The notes below the pieces were generated by a model that worked only from the letters and a program-made list of their open reading frames with translations, was not told the DNA's origin and searched no databases. A program made the position numbers and the translations under genes. From the NCBI GenBank assembly GCA_039189765.1, contig JBCCYL010000005.1, positions 64,001 through 128,000 of the forward strand: 64,000 bases of DNA, read 5' to 3'. Position 1 is the first letter of the stretch, and every line of letters starts with the position of its first letter. Source of the stretch: Cyanobacteria bacterium P01_F01_bin.150. Its GTDB lineage: Bacteria > Cyanobacteriota > Cyanobacteriia > CAKZMO01. Of the stretch, positions 59,391 to 64,000 are shown one piece after another.

Positions 59391-61103
59391 TTATTTACCT
59401 ATGATTTTACTCTTTAAATCAGTGCATTTCTTATTATTTTTGAAGAAAATACCTAATCGAGTTGAAGATGGTAGTCTTTTAAGTTGATTATGAACGGCAT
59501 CCAACTTACATTCAATAATTTGAGGTAAAAATAGTTCATAATCTTCATGCTTTATATCATCTTGAAAGATATTAATACTACCTTGATTGATATCATGAAA
59601 AACAAGATGGGTGAGAAAAAAATTACCATGAATAGTTATCTTATTCACTAATTTAGATTCATTACTTCTGTCCTGTAGATGCTTCTTCACACTTCTATAG
59701 ACTTCAATACTGCGCCACAAATTTAGAGGGGATACTCCAGCGTTAAAAATTCTTTTGTAGAGTGAAGAAGACGTATCGGCCCAAAATTCAGAAACGTCTT
59801 TTTTGAGAATTACGACTAAATTCAAATCATCATTATTACAGACTAATGCTTCTGTAGCTTCTAATAACGTGCAAGAATTTTCACTACTAATCATTTCATC
59901 TGATCGCTTGTAGAAATAGGTCTTATTTCTATCCCATGTTTTTAGCTCTCTAGCTAATTTTCGTTGAATTGGATCCAATGCTAGGAAGTCCCGATTTTCA
60001 ACATGATTTTGAGTATTGGAAGCTTTAGTAATATCAAGACCAAAATTTTCAGGACAGTCTTCTAAAGATATTAGCTTTATTAATACTTCAGTTTGTTCAA
60101 GGTTTTCTCGTGCTTCATCTGTCCCCTCCCTGTAGTATCGCCCAATACTGCCAATTGTTTGGGCTCCATTAATGATACTAAGTCCTTTGCACGTAAAATC
60201 GTCATTAAGTCTCTTCACGCCTTTTGTTTTTCTCCGAATTTCCTGACATAAAGCTGTGATACCATTATTGAAATACCAAAATGATGTTGGGTCCTCTTTC
60301 AGAGTTCGGGTAATATCATCATTTGCTTTAGTTTGTCCTATAAACTCTCTAAGGTTCTGAGAAAATAAGTTATTGCGGTGCTTGATCCATAACTCTGCTA
60401 ATTCTAGAGCAGAAATAGAACCATAAAAAGCTGTAGGGTCATCCATTTTTCCCCAATTCGATAAGTTTATATTAGCCTCTATATTCAGCTTGTTTGCATT
60501 TTCTACAGCCGTTTTATAGGCTATATCCTTATCAAACAACTGATATGAAAAAATTTCATCATCTTCGTTAGTATTTAAGTCTCCTACCAAATCCTCTAAG
60601 CACTTTCGACTTGTTTTGGTTAAACCCTGCCCCGTATGAGTAATAACGATGTTTACTTTTACTCCAAATGTTGACAAGGCACACTCTGTTTCCTCTTTTT
60701 TTTGGCAAAGCCGAGAATTAGGTCTGTCTAGATTATCTTCAATTAAATTTCTAACTCCTGTAGCAAAATTATTAATGTCTTTATATTCAGGCTGACCAGT
60801 CCCTTTCTTGATCCATTTAGATTGAATAAACCAAAGAACATTATCGTTTTTGTGCCAAAAGATTGCATCTATTCCATTGTCCCCTTGGCCATCAACGATG
60901 GATTCAGCGGCTTCATTTGCTCCAATACCTGCTAAAGCATACAAAGTATAAGCGGCAAACCCACGACTTAAGAATGCAGTAGCTTTATCAACGCGTGAGC
61001 CTTCTAAATCTGTTAAATCAATTAAGTCTTCTCCAAAAAGCCGCTTAATTTCTCCCTGAAGTTGTTTTACTGCAAACTTTTGGGTATCGTTACTTGGAGC
61101 CAT
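59391..61103 (-). CDS. AIPR family protein (abortive infection phage resistance)
   Basis: DGQGDNGIDA..FIQSKW, LFSQNLREFIG, FWYFNNGIT, IINGAQT, SNTQN.V..RDF; start ATG 61103 or TTG 61124. Confidence 0.92.
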   Translation of the reverse strand: MAPSNDTQKFAVKQLQGEIKRLFGEDLIDLTDLEGSRVDKATAFLSRGFAAYTLYALAGIGANEAAESIVDGQGDNGIDAIFWHKNDNVLWFIQSKWIKKGTGQPEYKDINNFATGVRNLIEDNLDRPNSRLCQKKEETECALSTFGVKVNIVITHTGQGLTKTSRKCLEDLVGDLNTNEDDEIFSYQLFDKDIAYKTAVENANKLNIEANINLSNWGKMDDPTAFYGSISALELAELWIKHRNNLFSQNLREFIGQTKANDDITRTLKEDPTSFWYFNNGITALCQEIRRKTKGVKRLNDDFTCKGLSIINGAQTIGSIGRYYREGTDEARENLEQTEVLIKLISLEDCPENFGLDITKASNTQNHVENRDFLALDPIQRKLARELKTWDRNKTYFYKRSDEMISSENSCTLLEATEALVCNNDDLNLVVILKKDVSEFWADTSSSLYKRIFNAGVSPLNLWRSIEVYRSVKKHLQDRSNESKLVNKITIHGNFFLTHLVFHDINQGSINIFQDDIKHEDYELFLPQIIECKLDAVHNQLKRLPSSTRLGIFFKNNKKCTDLKSKIIGK

Positions 61104-61258
61104 GTAACTAAAAATCTCATTCAAACTGTATCATCATTATTTCTAGCATATATTTCTCTGAATAATGATGATGTAATCCTGCTTAATTCTAGAAAGATAT
61201 GGAAATAGGGTTTGACGACAAAGCTCTGGGTTTCTACGCATAGCTATCGTCTTGCTTA

Positions 61259-61545
61259 GATCGCCCTCGCGTAGGGAGTATTAGCGTAACGAAGTGGAGC
61301 GCAATGCACCATTATTTCTCGGGATGTGGGATCGGGGGATTACGCGATCGCCAATCCACCCTACGTGATTGGTTTTCTCTTGTGGCGATCGCATCCCGCA
61401 AACGCGATCGCACCATTCTGGATTTTGGAGCGCGATCAATTTGGGCAGAGTTGTAAAGGAGCGATTTCCTTTCGGTAAGGCTAACGCCAACGCTTTGGGT
61501 GGGGAAGGGCGATCGCATTGAGTGAAGTGGAAAAGGGGCGATCGC
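61259..61545 (+). repeat. ~290-bp direct repeat copy 1 (REP doublet plus HIP1-rich tail)
   Basis: Near-identical to 63274-63565 except the spacer between the REP pair. Confidence 0.9.
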
Positions 61546-61759
61546 CCTGGATACTATAAGCAGCAATACGTGCAGAGCAAAAGCAATCCAAGGCTATTGA
61601 TAAGTCCCTTTGTCAAAGACATGGCTTTAGCCAAAGGCCATAGTAGGGAAAGGAAGGCAAAACGAAGGGGAAGGGCGATCGCAGCGACGAGAAACCAAGA
61701 CAATATATGGGATCAGGGGAAGAAATATATGTTGTCTAGATGATAATCCAAAGATCATG

Positions 61760-62098
61760 TTAGGCGATCGCAAACTCTGTATATTGTCGAACATGGGGAG
61801 GATGAAACGCTAACACAATATCTTGGGATTTGATGCCTCGTTGCATTAACTCTGTTGCGATTCCATCTTCTGTCCAATCTTCCTCAACCCAGATTTTTTC
61901 ATCCTTTATTCTTATATGAATCATGGCACTTTTAATACGCTCATCTTGTTTCCATCCCATTAGCATTAATAAATAATGATCTCGCTCTTCATCAAACATT
62001 AAGCAACTTTCAACTTCGGATCTAGACTTTTGATTTATTTGATGATATTCACATAGAATATTTTGAATAGCCTGACGGTATTCTACTCTTTTATCCAT
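61760..62098 (-). CDS. xisI: XisI family protein
   Basis: YRQAIQNIL..FDEERDHYLL..GW..HI.IKD.KIWVEED.TE.GIA.EL..GI..DIVLAFHPP.VRQYTEFA. Confidence 0.95.
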   Translation of the reverse strand: MDKRVEYRQAIQNILCEYHQINQKSRSEVESCLMFDEERDHYLLMLMGWKQDERIKSAMIHIRIKDEKIWVEEDWTEDGIATELMQRGIKSQDIVLAFHPPHVRQYTEFAIA

Positions 62099-62230
62099 TG
62101 TTCAATCACCTCATGCTCAGCATCAAAAATCAGTAAATTTACTTGATTACGCCTCACAATCATTAATATTCCAGCCATCTTTAATCAACGCAAATCGAAC
62201 AGCATTGTGATAAATATCTTTGGCAGGCAT
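62083..62230 (-). pseudogene. xisH: XisH remnant with large internal deletion
   Basis: MPAKDIYHNAVRFALIKDGWNI joined out of frame to IVRRNQVNLLIFDAEHEVIEQWIKE*, overlapping the xisI start. Confidence 0.85.
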
Positions 62231-62311
62231 TGGCAGCAAATAGTTGTTATACCCACAAGTTTAGCTTATTGCGATCGCGTAGGACGCATTAGCGAAACAA
62301 AGAGCATACGG

Positions 62312-62340
62312 TTGTTTCTTGCCCCTGCTTCTGCTATGCT
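62312..62340 (+). promoter_or_regulatory. Putative sigma-70 promoter TTGTTT-17 bp-TATGCT
   Basis: TG at the extended -10 position; conserved in both copies. Confidence 0.45.
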
Positions 62341-62346
62341 CTGCTG

Positions 62347-62547
62347 TCAAGCGCTCAAAAACGCGAAAAGCGTCCCCTAGATGTGCTAGAGACACAGCTA
62401 GAGGACTAACCACCCCATCTGAGAAAGCAGACGGACTGGCTATCAGGTATTATGACACTCCTGAACGCCATCCCATATTGTTCTGCAATATTTTTGGGAT
62501 GGCGTGTCCTTTGGGTGCTCCTAAAACAACAAAACAGGAGTGTTCTA
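62347..62547 (+). ncRNA. Putative structured RNA leader, copy B
   Basis: Hairpins at 62372-62406, 62410-62439 and 62466-62504; 62455-62463 pairs with 62535-62543 over the RBS. Confidence 0.5.
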
Positions 62548-62817
62548 ATGACGACATCCATTAACCAAGCCCAGCGGCTCGGCGACTTTGTGCAGCCCAA
62601 TGTCCCAGACCATGGAGAAGCTGAAATCCTGCGTGTGATTGCTATCGGTTCCCCCCCCGTGGTCAACCAGCACATCATCAAGATGTATCAGCTTGGTTAT
62701 GCTGAACCCCATGAGTGGTCACAGCCCTTGCCTGCCCCCAGCTCGACAACCGAAGTGATGCGCATTCTGACCAAACGCATCGTTGGGCTTAAATCGTTAG
62801 CCAGTAACCCAGTATAA
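62548..62817 (+). CDS. Small conserved hypothetical protein, copy B
   Basis: CAGGAG RBS; paralogue of 28822-29094 with many synonymous differences. Confidence 0.75.
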   Translation: MTTSINQAQRLGDFVQPNVPDHGEAEILRVIAIGSPPVVNQHIIKMYQLGYAEPHEWSQPLPAPSSTTEVMRILTKRIVGLKSLASNPV

Positions 62818-62827
62818 GTTCTGCGTT

Positions 62828-62891
62828 GGGTCAGGAGACCTGACCCCTACCGTGGCTAAATACCCTGTAGGGGCGCGGTCTCCGCGCCTAA
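62828..62891. repeat. Second GTAG-type REP pair
   Basis: GGGTCAGG-AGA-CCTGACCCCTAC and GTAGGGGCGCGG-TCT-CCGCGCC hairpins. Confidence 0.6.
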
Positions 62892-62991
62892 TGCAGAGCG
62901 GTTAGCAATCGGCATTGTTCACCGAAACTGCATGAATCAATGGATGCCAGAACCCTGGGATCTTTGCAAAGGGCGATCGCCTTTTTCAAGG

Positions 62992-63270
62992 TTAGTGCTC
63001 TGCCATCCATGCTAAAAACGCTAAAATTTGGCCAACGGGCGGCAGCGGATAATCAAATAGATCGATAGTCAACTGCTGCTCTTCCAATTGCATAAAGCGC
63101 CACTGGGTGCCATTGCTGACACAACCGTAAATGGTGGTAATATCTTGGCCCTTCACCTGGTTAAAGCGCTGAGCAGCAATCATTTCAGCAGCGCATTGGC
63201 CCAGCCCAGCCTTCAAATCTGCCTTTTTGGCCTCCACCAAAATAAAGACCGGAGCTTCGATTTCAATCAG
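62992..63270 (-). pseudogene. 5'-truncated copy of the 28104-28706 PD-(D/E)XK gene
   Basis: LIEIEAPVFILVEAKK..WMAEH* is nearly identical; homology ends abruptly at the HIP1/REP at 63271. Confidence 0.85.
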
Positions 63271-63273
63271 CGC

Positions 63274-63565
63274 GATCGCCCTCGCGTAGGGTGCATTAGC
63301 GTAACGCAGTGGAGCGTAATGCACCTTAATTAAAATTACCTGGGCCTGGAATCGGTGGATTACGCGATCGCCAATCCACCCTACGTGATTGGTTTTCTCT
63401 TGTGGCGATCGCATCCCGCAAACGCGATCGCACCATTTTGGATTTTGGAGCGCGATCAATTTGGGCAGAGTTGTAAAGGGGCGATTTCCTTTCAGGAAGG
63501 CTAACGCCAACGCTTTGGGTGGAGAAGGTCGATCGCATTGAGTGAAGTGGAAAAGGCGCGATCGC
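63274..63565 (+). repeat. ~290-bp direct repeat copy 2 (REP doublet plus HIP1-rich tail)
   Basis: Near-identical to 61259-61545. Confidence 0.9.
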
Positions 63566-63717
63566 TATTTGGGAGAGGGGGCGATCGCTTTAGGTGGAGA
63601 GAAAGGGGCGATCGCACATCTTCACAGAAATGATTATCTACCTAATGTCTGGGGCGATCGCTCAAATACTATAATAAAGACAGATCTTTAATAAAACGAG
63701 GTGCAACATCCCAACGA

Positions 63718-64000
63718 ATGCCAGCCCAACCACACATTGCCTGGATACATGCAGAAATTGGAGACATTGTTACTCGCTTTCCACTGTTGCATTGTGAAGA
63801 ATGCGCCTGTACCCTTAAAAAGTGGCTTCAATCTCAAAATATTCCTGGTAAGGTGTGGCGAATTTCTACAAAATATGATGACGAAGACTTTATTCTCAGC
63901 GATCGCCTCGAACAGAAAGGATGTGTTGAAAGCATTACGGAAAATGGAACACACTATGGAGTTGAGGTCTTTGGCAAAATATTTGATAACCTTTCCTCTC
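63718..64000 (+). CDS. Papain-fold toxin (Tox-PL-2-like) protein, runs off the window end
   Basis: Manual translation MPAQPHIAWIHAEIGDIVTRFPLLHCEECA..SITENGTHYGVEVFGKIFDNL with Cys, His and Asp motifs. Confidence 0.8.
   Translation, partial: MPAQPHIAWIHAEIGDIVTRFPLLHCEECACTLKKWLQSQNIPGKVWRISTKYDDEDFILSDRLEQKGCVESITENGTHYGVEVFGKIFDNLSS

Larger units (their letters stand above)
62302..63270. repeat. Right arm of the ~0.9-kb inverted repeat (partner 28428-29339)
   Basis: Matches the left arm; bounded by a half-REP (62278-62298) and a HIP1/REP (63272 onward). Confidence 0.9.

Noticed and set aside
61281..61743. Short ORFs at 61281, 61312 and 61522 (and 63326-63538)
   Set aside because: They lie in or next to the non-coding REP/HIP1 repeat; their similarity reflects DNA duplication
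61760..62230. fdxN-type heterocyst excision element
   Set aside because: No xisF recombinase or interrupted fdxN/nif gene; xisHI pairs are commonly dispersed
63271..63510. N-terminal half of the 172-aa ORF 62992-63510
   Set aside because: Read-through of repeat DNA fused to a truncated nuclease gene
1..64000. High frequency of GCGATCGC
   Set aside because: Established cyanobacterial HIP1 octamer; useful taxonomically but not novel

Overview
Cyanobacterial DNA (the HIP1 octamer GCGATCGC recurs throughout) forming an accessory island of three blocks. (1) 0.3-17 kb, minus strand: sigma-70-like factor, DUF1822 protein, CHAT-CHASE2 membrane protein, DUF928 protein, a giant two-partner-secretion (TPS) protein with a C-terminal CHAT protease, and a ShlB/FhaC transporter. 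(2) 37.8-55.7 kb: an extracellular contractile injection system (eCIS, Afp/PVC-like) with a divergent cap and AAA+ ATPase, sheath, three tube genes, chaperone, pseudokinase-PBP, Pro-rich protein, tube initiator, VgrG and PAAR; no baseplate genes are in the window. (3) Around the eCIS: three DUF4157 proteins with different C-termini (Tox-GHH nuclease, OmpA-like, SH3 plus putative cysteine protease), orphan toxin/immunity-like pairs, Uma2 and other PD-(D/E)XK nucleases, AIPR, XisI, a papain-fold toxin and several pseudogenes. The strongest unexplained structures are: a RAYT tyrosine transposase whose REP palindromes sit at many gene-cassette junctions and duplication breakpoints; a ~0.9-kb inverted repeat bracketing the 33-kb eCIS region; a duplicated promoter/structured ~200-nt leader/small-protein unit whose two copies differ in predicted loops; and 7-8-bp tandem repeats inside eCIS genes, one effector being frameshifted there. 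All family assignments come from motif recognition by eye; no database searches were run.
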